Positions 8,052 to 18,301 of a stretch of DNA of 32,000 nt are shown here, piece after piece. How positions within the stretch are numbered: position 1 is the stretch's first letter; each line of letters begins with the position of its first letter. Where the stretch lies: assembly GCA_026002795.1 (NCBI GenBank), contig BPGA01000001.1, positions 390,001 to 422,000 of the forward strand. Direction: 5' to 3'. The translations under genes were made by a program, and so were the position numbers. The notes below the pieces were generated by a model. It worked only from the letters and a program-made list of their open reading frames with translations, searched no databases and was not told the origin of the DNA. Origin of the DNA: Candidatus Saccharimonadota bacterium. Its GTDB lineage: Archaea; Nanobdellota; Nanobdellia; Pacearchaeales; GW2011-AR1.

Positions 8052-9365
8052 TTATTTAGGTTTCATTCTACCCCATTTTTGAAGAGCTTCTTTAAGTTCT
8101 TTATGTGTTTTTGCGTATTCTTCTAAAGGAATTTCTTTTTTAACTGCTTCAATTGCTTGCATTGCAGCCATTGCACCTGCTCTTGTTCCTCTAGGATGAC
8201 CGTGAATACCTCCAGAGACAAGCAAAACAAAATCTTTTCCAAATATTTTAAACTCTTCTGGTATCAATCCAGGGTGCATTCCTCCTGAAGAAACAGGAAA
8301 TGCAGGTTTTATATGCTCCCAATTTTGATCAAGCAAGTGCGGAAAATCTTCTTTAACATTTTTTTCTCTAAGGGTTTCAGCAACAACTTTAACTTCTTTT
8401 TTTGTGCTTACAAGTTTTCCTACAGCTGTTCCTGAATGAATCTGCTCAACACCAATTAATCTCATTATTTTAGCTAAAAATTGCATTGTAATTCCGTGTT
8501 TAGGATTTCTATCAAATGAAGCATGCATTGCTCTATGTGCATGAATTGCCATATCATAATCTCTTAAAACCTCTCTTAAAGTTTGCACAGCAGATGTTCC
8601 TGTAACAACTACATCTATCATTGCATACTTAAATCCGTAATTGTAAAGCGTTTTTGCTCTTTTTTTCATTTCTTCTGTTTCTGCTGTTATATTAATGAAA
8701 GCATCTTTAACTTCACCAGTTTCTTTTTCAGCTTTGTCTCTCATTTTTGCTAGTAATGAAACTCTTTTATAAAAATTATTAAAACTTGTAGAACTTAGGT
8801 TCTCATCGTCTTTTACACAATCAAAACCACCCATCCATGTTTCATAACCTATTTTTGCGTGTTCTTCAGAAGAAAAGCCTATTTTTGGTTTAGGCACAGC
8901 TCCTGTAAGTGGTCTGTCATAAACTTTAAAGTATTTTCTTAATCCAGAAATTCCTAAATTTGGTCCTTTAAAATTTTTTATATATTCATGAGGAAGAGAA
9001 ACATCAATTAATCTTAAATTTTTTAATGCTTTCATTCCAAAGATATTTCCTGCAATTCCTGATAAAAGTTGAGGAACGTTTCCTTGCTCCCATAAACCAA
9101 GAGGATATGCAACTTTAACAAAACCACCATTTCCTTTTAGCTTTAAATCATAAGCAATAGCCATTAAATTTTTCATTCTTTTAGGTAATTTAAAAAGAGT
9201 CGTCCATGTTCCTGTACTACTTTCAGAAGCGATTCTTCCAATAGCATCATTAACTGTGATACCTTTTGCAGGTTCAAAATAAAAAAGAACTTTTAAGTCT
9301 GTTTTTTTAGGCTTGTATTTTAAATCAATAAAATCAAGATACCATTCAACTTTTTTTTCATGCAT
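8052..9365 (-). CDS. rbcL: ribulose-1,5-bisphosphate carboxylase large subunit, archaeal form III-type
   Basis: 437 aa. Motifs SSTGTWTT, GAVPKPKIG, GGFDCVKDDENL (carbamylated Lys), IHAHRAMHA, SGGIHGHPRG. No small-subunit gene is adjacent. GAGGTG Shine-Dalgarno-like motif upstream. Confidence 0.95.
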   Translation of the reverse strand: MHEKKVEWYLDFIDLKYKPKKTDLKVLFYFEPAKGITVNDAIGRIASESSTGTWTTLFKLPKRMKNLMAIAYDLKLKGNGGFVKVAYPLGLWEQGNVPQLLSGIAGNIFGMKALKNLRLIDVSLPHEYIKNFKGPNLGISGLRKYFKVYDRPLTGAVPKPKIGFSSEEHAKIGYETWMGGFDCVKDDENLSSTSFNNFYKRVSLLAKMRDKAEKETGEVKDAFINITAETEEMKKRAKTLYNYGFKYAMIDVVVTGTSAVQTLREVLRDYDMAIHAHRAMHASFDRNPKHGITMQFLAKIMRLIGVEQIHSGTAVGKLVSTKKEVKVVAETLREKNVKEDFPHLLDQNWEHIKPAFPVSSGGMHPGLIPEEFKIFGKDFVLLVSGGIHGHPRGTRAGAMAAMQAIEAVKKEIPLEEYAKTHKELKEALQKWGRMKPK

Positions 9366-9382
9366 TTCACCTCTTTTATTTT

Positions 9383-10765
9383 TTATCTTTTTTTTATAAT
9401 AACCCCTTCTTTTGTATCTTCTATAATAAAACCTAACTTATAAATCTTTTGTCTTATTTTATCAGCATCTAAAAATTTCTTATTTTTTCTCAGCTCTTCT
9501 CTTTTTTTTATCAATTCAGCTACTTTCTTTGGAATTTTAATTTTTTCCTCTTTTCCTAAATCAAGACCTAAAATTTTATCAAAAATTGTTGCAAGCTTAT
9601 ACTTTTCAGAATCATTAAGTTTGTCTTCTCTTAAAACATCCCATAAAAAAGAAAGAGACTTAGGTGTGTTTAAATCATCATTAAGATAAGATAAAAATTG
9701 TTTGTAAGCAAGATCAATATTTTTTCTATTTATTTTTTTTGTTTTGTCAAGAGATTTTATTTTTTCTTTAAGCTTTCTTAAAGAATTTTTTGCAAAATCT
9801 AATGCATGAAAACTAAATTCTAAAGGCTTTCTATAATGTGAAGTTAAAAATAAATATCTTAAATCAAGAGCAGAATACCCTTTCTCTTCAAGTTCTGAAA
9901 GAGTATAAAATCCTCCTTTTGATTTTGAAATTTTTTCACCCTTAAAAGTTAAGAAAGCACCATGAAGCCAGTAATTTACAAATTTCTTTCCAGTTGCTGC
10001 CTCGCTTTGAGCGATTTCATTTGTATGATGAATTTGAATATGATCTTCGCCTCCGGTGTGTATATCAAAACTCTCTCCTAAGTATTTCATGGACATTGCA
10101 CTACATTCAATATGCCAACCAGGAAATCCAATCCCCCAAGGGCTATTCCATTCTTGCTGCCTTAAGCCTGGCTTTTCAGAAAACTTCCATAAAGCAAAAT
10201 CAGTAATATTTCTTTTTTCTCCTAAAGGAATTCTTTTTCCGGCTTTTATTCCTTTAACATTTAAATTTGCAAGTTTTCCATAATTTTTGAATTTTGAGCT
10301 ATCAAAATAAATTCCGTCAGAAGTTTTGTAAGTAAATCCTTTTTCTTCAAGTTTTTTTATCAATTCAATTTGTTCTTTTATATGCTCTGATGCTTTTGGC
10401 CAAAAATTTGGTTCAATAAAATTCATCTTCTTGAAATCTTCTTTAAAAACTTTAAAATAAAAAGAAGCTATTTCTTTTGCTGTTTTTTTCTGTTCTCTTG
10501 CTGTTTTTTCAATTTTATCTTCTCCAGTATCTGAATCAGAAGTCAAATGTCCTACATCAGTAACATTAATTACATGGACAATTTTATAACCATTTTCCAT
10601 TAAAACTCTCTTTAAGATGTCAGGAAAAAAATAACTTCTTAAGTTTCCTATGTGTTGATACCAATAAACAGTTGGCCCGCAAGTATAAATCTTTACTTTT
10701 TTATCTTCTATCGGTTTAAAAATTTCTTTTTTTCTTGTTAAAGTGTTAAAAAGTCTTATATCCAT
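9383..10765 (-). CDS. cysS: cysteinyl-tRNA synthetase
   Basis: 460 aa. Class I motifs HIGNLRS (HIGH) and KISKSKG (KMSKS), plus zinc-site context GWHIECS. Confidence 0.95.
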   Translation of the reverse strand: MDIRLFNTLTRKKEIFKPIEDKKVKIYTCGPTVYWYQHIGNLRSYFFPDILKRVLMENGYKIVHVINVTDVGHLTSDSDTGEDKIEKTAREQKKTAKEIASFYFKVFKEDFKKMNFIEPNFWPKASEHIKEQIELIKKLEEKGFTYKTSDGIYFDSSKFKNYGKLANLNVKGIKAGKRIPLGEKRNITDFALWKFSEKPGLRQQEWNSPWGIGFPGWHIECSAMSMKYLGESFDIHTGGEDHIQIHHTNEIAQSEAATGKKFVNYWLHGAFLTFKGEKISKSKGGFYTLSELEEKGYSALDLRYLFLTSHYRKPLEFSFHALDFAKNSLRKLKEKIKSLDKTKKINRKNIDLAYKQFLSYLNDDLNTPKSLSFLWDVLREDKLNDSEKYKLATIFDKILGLDLGKEEKIKIPKKVAELIKKREELRKNKKFLDADKIRQKIYKLGFIIEDTKEGVIIKKR

Positions 10766-10907
10766 AAAAGACTAAAAAATTTTATGTTAATAAAACTAAC
10801 TAAAAAAATAAAAATTAAGTAACAAACTTTATTAATAATTTTTAATTTTTTTCAGATAGAACAATTAATTAAATTTTAAATTTTTAGAATAGTTCATATT
10901 AAATAGC

Positions 10908-11492
10908 TTACTTAATAGTTAAAAAAACTTGTACATCACTATATGGAGACTCTTTATTATTCACATTTTTTGTTATTTTAAGTGTGTAGGAGATTGTGCA
11001 TGGCGGTGCTGAAGATGGTATGTTAAATTTGACAAGTCGAGGCAAATCTAAAGAATTTCCAGCCGCCAACTTAAAACTACCTGTACCCCCTAAAATATAA
11101 CTATTAGCATTTTCTTTTGTTATGCTTCCACCGCAAGAACTAACATCCTCTGACTCAACTTTATAATTAAAGGTTGCCTCATTAACATCATTATTTCTTA
11201 CAGAAAACGCAAATCCTTTAGGAGTATCTCCTTTTTTAATAGTGACTTCTCTTGACGTTGGATAAACAGCAATTGTTCTTGTTTCTTCTGCAAATAACTT
11301 TTGAAGTTGGTTTTGTATTTCATTATCTATTGTATCAATTGCATTTGTTCCTGTTGTAAAAATTTTTTGTATAAAAAAAATACCTAAAACAAGAACAATC
11401 ATTAAAAGAACAATTGTTACGATTGTTCCTACAGACATTTCCATTGCTGCTTTTTTTATCCTGATAACCATCTTATATAGAAGGAACAACAT
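10908..11492 (-). CDS. putative secreted or type IV pilin-like protein (class III signal peptide-like N-terminus)
   Basis: N-terminus (M)VIRIKKAAMEMSVGTIVTIVLLMIVLVLGIFFI has a short basic leader, a small-residue site and a hydrophobic helix. A beta-rich Cys-containing domain follows. An alternative ATG at 11471 removes the overlap with the upstream gene. Confidence 0.45.
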   Translation of the reverse strand: MLFLLYKMVIRIKKAAMEMSVGTIVTIVLLMIVLVLGIFFIQKIFTTGTNAIDTIDNEIQNQLQKLFAEETRTIAVYPTSREVTIKKGDTPKGFAFSVRNNDVNEATFNYKVESEDVSSCGGSITKENANSYILGGTGSFKLAAGNSLDLPRLVKFNIPSSAPPCTISYTLKITKNVNNKESPYSDVQVFLTIK

Positions 11493-11724
11493 TTGTTAAA
11501 TTGCTAAAAACCAAAAATAAAGACAAGACAAAAATAATGATTGAAAGTACTAAACCTATTATATTTAAATTTCTCACTTTTTTAGCATCACCTTTATTGC
11601 TCTGAACAATTCCAATTATTGCTATAATAATTCCTGCAAGAGGACTTATAAAAGCAAAAACTATACTTAAAATACCTAAAATATAAGCCACAGAAACTCT
11701 ATCAATTTTTTCTTTTTGAGGCAT
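11473..11724 (-). CDS. small 2-TM membrane protein
   Basis: 83 aa with two hydrophobic helices separated by QSNKGDAKK. ATG start. Directly upstream of the pilin-like gene. Confidence 0.5.
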   Translation of the reverse strand: MPQKEKIDRVSVAYILGILSIVFAFISPLAGIIIAIIGIVQSNKGDAKKVRNLNIIGLVLSIIIFVLSLFLVFSNLTNVVPSI

Positions 11725-11822
11725 TTTTCCTCTTTTTAATATTTTTTTGATTTATTTCTTAATAAGTAAACAGGGTTTTATAAATGTTTTTGAATTTTTA
11801 TAAAACTCAATCAAGATTTTTA

Positions 11823-11894
11823 TGGGCAGGGAGGGAATCGAACCCCCGACACCATGAGCTTCAGTCATGTGCTCTCCCACTGAGCTACCTGCCC
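11823..11894 (-). tRNA. tRNA-Phe (GAA)
   Basis: Folded by hand. Acceptor GGGCAGG/CCTGCCC, D arm GCTC-AGTGGGA-GAGC, anticodon arm CATGA-CTGAAGC-TCATG, T arm GGGGG-TTCGATT-CCCTC, discriminator A. CCA is not encoded and there is no intron. Confidence 0.95.
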
Positions 11895-11912
11895 CTCACG
11901 TGTTTACGCTTA

Positions 11913-11924
11913 CTTATAAAAAAA
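11913..11924 (-). promoter_or_regulatory. TATA-box-like element upstream of tRNA-Phe
   Basis: The minus strand reads TTTTTTTATAAG. The element ends about 19-20 nt upstream of tRNA position 1, and an A-rich BRE-like stretch precedes it. Confidence 0.4.
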
Positions 11925-12060
11925 TTTACTTTTAAATCTTTTACTCTTTTCTATTTTTAAATTTAAAATTAAAATTTTGAAAAATAGCTTAGTTTGTGAG
12001 ATGATATTATGGAGTTAAAATATCTTAAAACACGTAACAAAAAATTAAATTAAAACGTAA

Positions 12061-12391
12061 GTCAGGAATAGGCCAGCTTCTGTTGTTCATCGTCTTTTTT
12101 GTTGGCTTTTTCAGCCTAAGACGAACTGAACACGTTAACATTCGACTAAGCGGCTTTTAGCCTTGCACCAGTTGGGTTGGCCGTTTCATCATGTCTGCTC
12201 TTTCTTTGCTCTTTCCACGAATTCATAGCTCGAGAGCAGCTGTGTCGTTTCTGTTCCAGAGCCTTGCCTCACGGCAATTCTCCTTTCGGAGAACAACTTT
12301 TTTTTGGTGGCCGGACCTTCCTCAGAACCAAATTCGTTTCTTATCGAATTTTGCTCATTTAAGAGCTGGTTCCGAAGGTTAACTTCCTGAC
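12061..12391 (-). ncRNA. rnpB: RNase P RNA
   Basis: GC-rich island of about 331 nt. Terminal P1 helix GUCAGGAA/UUCCUGAC. CR-I-like GAGGAAGGUCCGGCC, CR-IV-like AUGAUGAAACGGCC, and CR-V-like ACAGAAGCUGGCCUAU just before the 3' P1 strand. A/T-rich TATA-like element lies about 25 nt upstream. Confidence 0.85.
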
Positions 12392-12467
12392 TTACAAAAA
12401 AACAAGTTTTTTTAAATTTAAAAATTTTACTCAAGAGACAGAATTTAGCTTAATACTCAAATAAAAA

Positions 12468-12695
12468 ATGAAAACCAAAAAATTTTTACAAAAACTAGAA
12501 AAGAAAAAAATTATTTCAAGAAAACCTAAACCTTTAGTTGGATTTATTCTTCTTTTTATTTCTTTAACTTTATACTTTTTGATAAAAAAATTAGAGATTA
12601 AAGGTTTCCTTTTAATACTTTCAAAAACTACAGTTGTTTTAAGTTTTTTATTTGCTGTTTTACACTTTTTTATTGTAAAAACTCTTGAAAAGTAA
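12468..12695 (+). CDS. hypothetical small 2-TM protein
   Basis: 75-aa ORF with an ATG start, a basic N-terminus and two hydrophobic segments. Sits in an AT-rich spacer between RNA genes. Confidence 0.3.
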   Translation: MKTKKFLQKLEKKKIISRKPKPLVGFILLFISLTLYFLIKKLEIKGFLLILSKTTVVLSFLFAVLHFFIVKTLEK

Positions 12696-12698
12696 TCC

Positions 12699-12926
12699 TT
12701 AATCTAAAATAAGTTTTTCTTCTAGATCATTTTGATTTTTTCTTAGGTAAAATTCAAACTCATCACCCTCTTCATAATTGCAGTTTTTTAATAAGCTTTT
12801 TAAAACTTTTAACTTTACTATTTGATTTTCTTCTTCATAAGAAACAACTTCTACAATTAAGCTACAATTTATATTTATGTAAATACCTGTCATTCCTGGT
12901 GTAGGAATCATATAATTAAAAAGCAA
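12699..12926 (-). CDS. hypothetical small protein
   Basis: 75-aa ORF from a TTG start; the first ATG is at 12911 (70 aa). No motif recognised. Confidence 0.25.
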   Translation of the reverse strand: MLFNYMIPTPGMTGIYININCSLIVEVVSYEEENQIVKLKVLKSLLKNCNYEEGDEFEFYLRKNQNDLEEKLILD

Positions 12927-12960
12927 AAAACTTTATAAAAAATATCTTTTTTATTATAAA

Positions 12961-13155
12961 ATGAATTTTGATGATTACTATTGGATAGAAAAATCAATTC
13001 TAGAAACTTTATATGAAGTTATAAAAGTTTATCAAACACATATTCAAATGTTGAAACAACATTATTCTAGTTCTTTAAATGAAACTGATATAAGAGATCT
13101 TGAAAAAATAAGTGAGGATGATTATGTTCTTGAATTTTATTTTAGTTTAAATTAG
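12961..13155 (+). CDS. hypothetical small protein
   Basis: 64-aa ORF with an ATG start. It ends 1-2 nt before the 23S processing-stem arm. No motif recognised. Confidence 0.25.
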   Translation: MNFDDYYWIEKSILETLYEVIKVYQTHIQMLKQHYSSSLNETDIRDLEKISEDDYVLEFYFSLN

Positions 13156-13156
13156 A

Positions 13157-13183
13157 AGCAAGAACTGAAGTCTGTTCAACATA
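13157..13183 (-). other. 23S rRNA processing-stem arm (3' flank)
   Basis: AAGCAAGAACTGAAGT..GTTCA.CATA is the reverse complement of 15997-16023, with a 16-bp perfect core and an internal mismatch or bulge. This matches archaeal pre-rRNA processing helices. Confidence 0.6.
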
Positions 13184-15996
<2,813 letters not shown>

Positions 15997-16023
15997 TATG
16001 CTGAACACACTTCAGTTCTTGCT
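15997..16023 (-). other. 23S rRNA processing-stem arm (5' flank)
   Basis: Reverse complement of 13157-13183. Confidence 0.6.
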
Positions 16024-16162
16024 TATCTCATTGAACATGACATTTATCTGTCTGTTCTCAAAATGATCCCAAAATATTTCATTTGGAACCATTCAACTTT
16101 GTTGAATATGATGTTTGAATATAATTTTATATTTTTTAGTGTTTTTCTTCAATAAAATTTTA

Positions 16163-16233
16163 TGGACCTGCCGCGAATTGAACGCGGAGCTCCTCGGTGC
16201 AAACGAGGTGTTTTACCGTTAAACTACAGGCCC
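16163..16233 (-). tRNA. tRNA-Ala (UGC) in the 16S-23S spacer
   Basis: Folded by hand. Acceptor GGGCCTG/CAGGTCC with the G3-U70 Ala identity pair, anticodon arm CCTCG-TTTGCAC-CGAGG, T arm CCGCG-TTCAATT-CGCGG. CCA is not encoded. Confidence 0.95.
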
Positions 16234-16316
16234 GTGAAATTTTTAATTAACTTTTATTTTTAAATTTTTTTTATAAACTTTTTTCTTACACCCCGTTCGC
16301 TAAAATTTTTTATTTA

Positions 16317-16338
16317 GTATGTAGGAGCAATCACTTAA
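16317..16338 (-). other. 16S rRNA processing-stem arm (3' flank)
   Basis: GTATGTAGGAGCAATCACTTAA pairs with 17836-17857. In the transcript this gives a 22-bp helix whose three differences are all G-U wobbles. Confidence 0.6.
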
Positions 16339-16342
16339 TTTT

Positions 16343-17794
16343 TAGGAGGTAATCCATCTGCAGGTTCCCCTACAGATACCTTGTGACGACTTAACCTACC
16401 TTGCTATGCTAAGGTTCTCCCCGAAGGTTTCACCATAGCATAACTTGGTTGGTTTGACGGGCAGTGAGTGCAAGAGACAGTGACGTATTCACCGTTCGCT
16501 GCTAACGAACGATTACTACGGATTCCAGCGTCATGCGGGCGAGTTGCAGCCCGCAATCTGGACTGAGACGGACTTTAGGGGATTTGCTTCTCCTCTCGGA
16601 GTTGCATCCCATTGTATCCGCCATTGCCGCGCGCGTGTCGCCCAGGGCATTCAGGCTGTACTCACCTAACGTAGCCCACACTTTCATCCCAGTTACCCGG
16701 GCAATCTCTCTATTGTACACGTGGTAAATAGAGATGTGGGTCTTGCCTGTTACCTGATTTAACAGGTCACCTCACGGCACAGGCTGACGTCGGCCATGCA
16801 ACTCCTCTCAGCGTGTCAGGTAAGCCCTTCAGACTGACCTTCATTCTGCTGTCGGTCCTGGTGAGGTTCACGGTGTAGAATCTAATTGAACCGCACGCGT
16901 CACCCGTTGTAGTGCCTCCCCGCCTATTCCTTTAAGTTTCGGCCTTGCGGCTATACTCCCCAGGTAGCACACTCTTCGGCTTCCCTGCAGCACCAATACC
17001 TCTCGAGGAGGTACTGATGTTTAGTGTGCAGTGTTTACTGCTAGGACTACATGGGTATCTAATCCACTTTGCGCCCCTAGCCTTCATCCCTTACTGTCAG
17101 AACCGTTCTCGTAAGATGCCTTCGCTATTGTTAGTCCGTCCGAGATCAACACATTTTACCGCTACTTCGGACGTACTTCTTACGTCTCCCGGTCTCTAGT
17201 TCACTAGTATTCCTTGCTCGCCTCGTGCTTAAGACACGAGATTTCACAAGGAACTTGGTGAACAAGCTACGGATGTTTTAGACCCAATAAATGTGGCTGC
17301 GACTTGGACCGCGGGTATTACCGCGGCGGCTGGCACCCGTCTCTCCCAGTCCTTATTCGCCAAACTTTTTACATTTGGCAAAAGCCTGTCATGGACAGGC
17401 ACTCTGGCTCACTCTGTCACGCTTTCGCGCATTGCAGAAGATTCCTAACTGCTGCACCCCGTAGGGCTGGGAATAGTGTCTCAGATTCCCTCTCAGGGCC
17501 CCTCCGCTAAGAGCCCTTACGGATCATCGGCTTGGTGGGCTATTACCCCGCCAACAACCTAATCCGCCGCAGCCCCATCCTTAGGCACGAGTTTGGTAGA
17601 TAATCCTTTCCAGGAAATATCTACTATCAAGTTTTAGCCTCAGTTTCCCGAGGTTATCCTTGACCTAAGGGTAGGTTAGCTACGTGTTACTGAGCAGTTC
17701 GCCTTCCTCTAAATTCTTTCGAACCTAGAGAAATGACTTGCATGTCTAAGTGCAAACCAGAGAGCCGCAGCCGCCAGCAGGATCAACTGGATTT
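16343..17794 (-). rRNA. 16S (SSU) ribosomal RNA, about 1.45 kb
   Basis: 5' end AATCCAGTTGATCCTGCTGGCGG. 515 region GGTGCCAGCCGCCGCGGTAA. 3' end GGATTACCTCCTA (anti-SD). Several normally invariant motifs are altered (see findings). Confidence 0.95.
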
Positions 17795-17835
17795 ATAAAA
17801 TCTCAGCGACCTCCTGGGAAATTTAGAATCTACAA

Positions 17836-17857
17836 CTAAGTGACTGCCCCTACATAC
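17836..17857 (-). other. 16S rRNA processing-stem arm (5' flank)
   Basis: CTAAGTGACTGCCCCTACATAC is complementary to 16317-16338. Confidence 0.6.
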
Positions 17858-17900
17858 ATCATACCTTAATGATGATTTTTAAGGCACTCATCTTAGTTAG

Positions 17901-17908
17901 TATAAAAT
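17901..17908 (-). promoter_or_regulatory. candidate TATA box of the rRNA operon
   Basis: The minus strand reads ATTTTATA about 45 nt upstream of the 16S processing stem. It overlaps the stop codon of the upstream small ORF. Position only; no experimental support. Confidence 0.3.
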
Positions 17909-18141
17909 TATCTCGTTTCGCCTTTATAAATTTTTCTAGAACTTTTTTCTTTTAATTTTTTATTTTCTAAACCCATGCTCTGCATTATGATGTTGTTTAC
18001 TATAAAAAGAATGAGAACCGCAAGGATTGTTATCAAAACTGCATAAAGATATTCTAAAACTAAATCATGTCCTTTCCAACCAATTTTTTCAATTAAAAAG
18101 ATGAAAGTAATTTTGTATTGGCTCTTTCCATGCAATAGCAA
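17908..18141 (-). CDS. C-terminal fragment of a small 2-TM membrane protein (probably frameshifted)
   Basis: 77-aa ORF that starts only at a TTG. It contains TM segment LEYLYAVLITILAVLILFIV and overlaps the upstream ORF out of frame. Confidence 0.35.
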   Translation of the reverse strand: MLLHGKSQYKITFIFLIEKIGWKGHDLVLEYLYAVLITILAVLILFIVNNIIMQSMGLENKKLKEKSSRKIYKGETR

Positions 18142-18301
18142 TAAGAAACACTAATGCAGCTGTTATTGCTAGGATAATTTGTTTCTTAAGTTCAAATTTT
18201 ACATAAAAAAGTGATTCTTTTGTTTTATGATATACCTTTTCATGTAGTTCATGATCTAAAACATGGTTAAATAAGCCACTTTCCCTAAACTCTTTTTCCA
18301 T
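18089..18301 (-). CDS. N-terminal fragment of a small 2-TM membrane protein (probably frameshifted)
   Basis: ATG at 18301 (the track start at 18304 is TTG). Contains TM segment ILAITAALVFLIAIAW followed by KEPIQNYF. The frame ends just after an A5/T5 run at 18095-18099. Confidence 0.4.
   Translation of the reverse strand: MEKEFRESGLFNHVLDHELHEKVYHKTKESLFYVKFELKKQIILAITAALVFLIAIAWKEPIQNYFHLFN

Noticed and set aside
5292-10283. Antisense ORFs 5292-5474, 6024-6296, 6458-6667, 7599-7880, 9994-10206 and 10056-10283.
   Set aside because: Each is nested opposite a confidently identified gene (eS19, the 122-aa ORF/YhbY, NFACT-R, HAD, CysRS). All are hydrophobic or low-complexity mirror frames.
12061-12391. 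Considered SRP (7S) RNA as the identity of this ~330-nt structured RNA.
   Set aside because: The sequence contains GAGGAAGGUCCGG and ACAGAAGCUGGCCUAU, which are RNase P CR-I and CR-V signatures. I saw no SRP Alu or S-domain motifs such as the GNAR tetraloop/5e-8b pattern.
12177-12434. Three overlapping ORFs (12177-12362 +, 12191-12382 +, 12189-12434 -).
   Set aside because: They fall within the GC-rich RNase P RNA gene, and the conserved CR-I/CR-IV/CR-V motifs explain the region better.
17869-17876. C-box-like AATGATGA upstream of the 16S gene, and TGATGA at 19497 with a CTGA near 19591, considered as possible C/D box sRNAs.
   Set aside because: The first has no D box (CUGA) at a suitable distance. 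The second has about 95-nt spacing and no internal C'/D' boxes. Such short motifs are expected by chance in AT-rich DNA.
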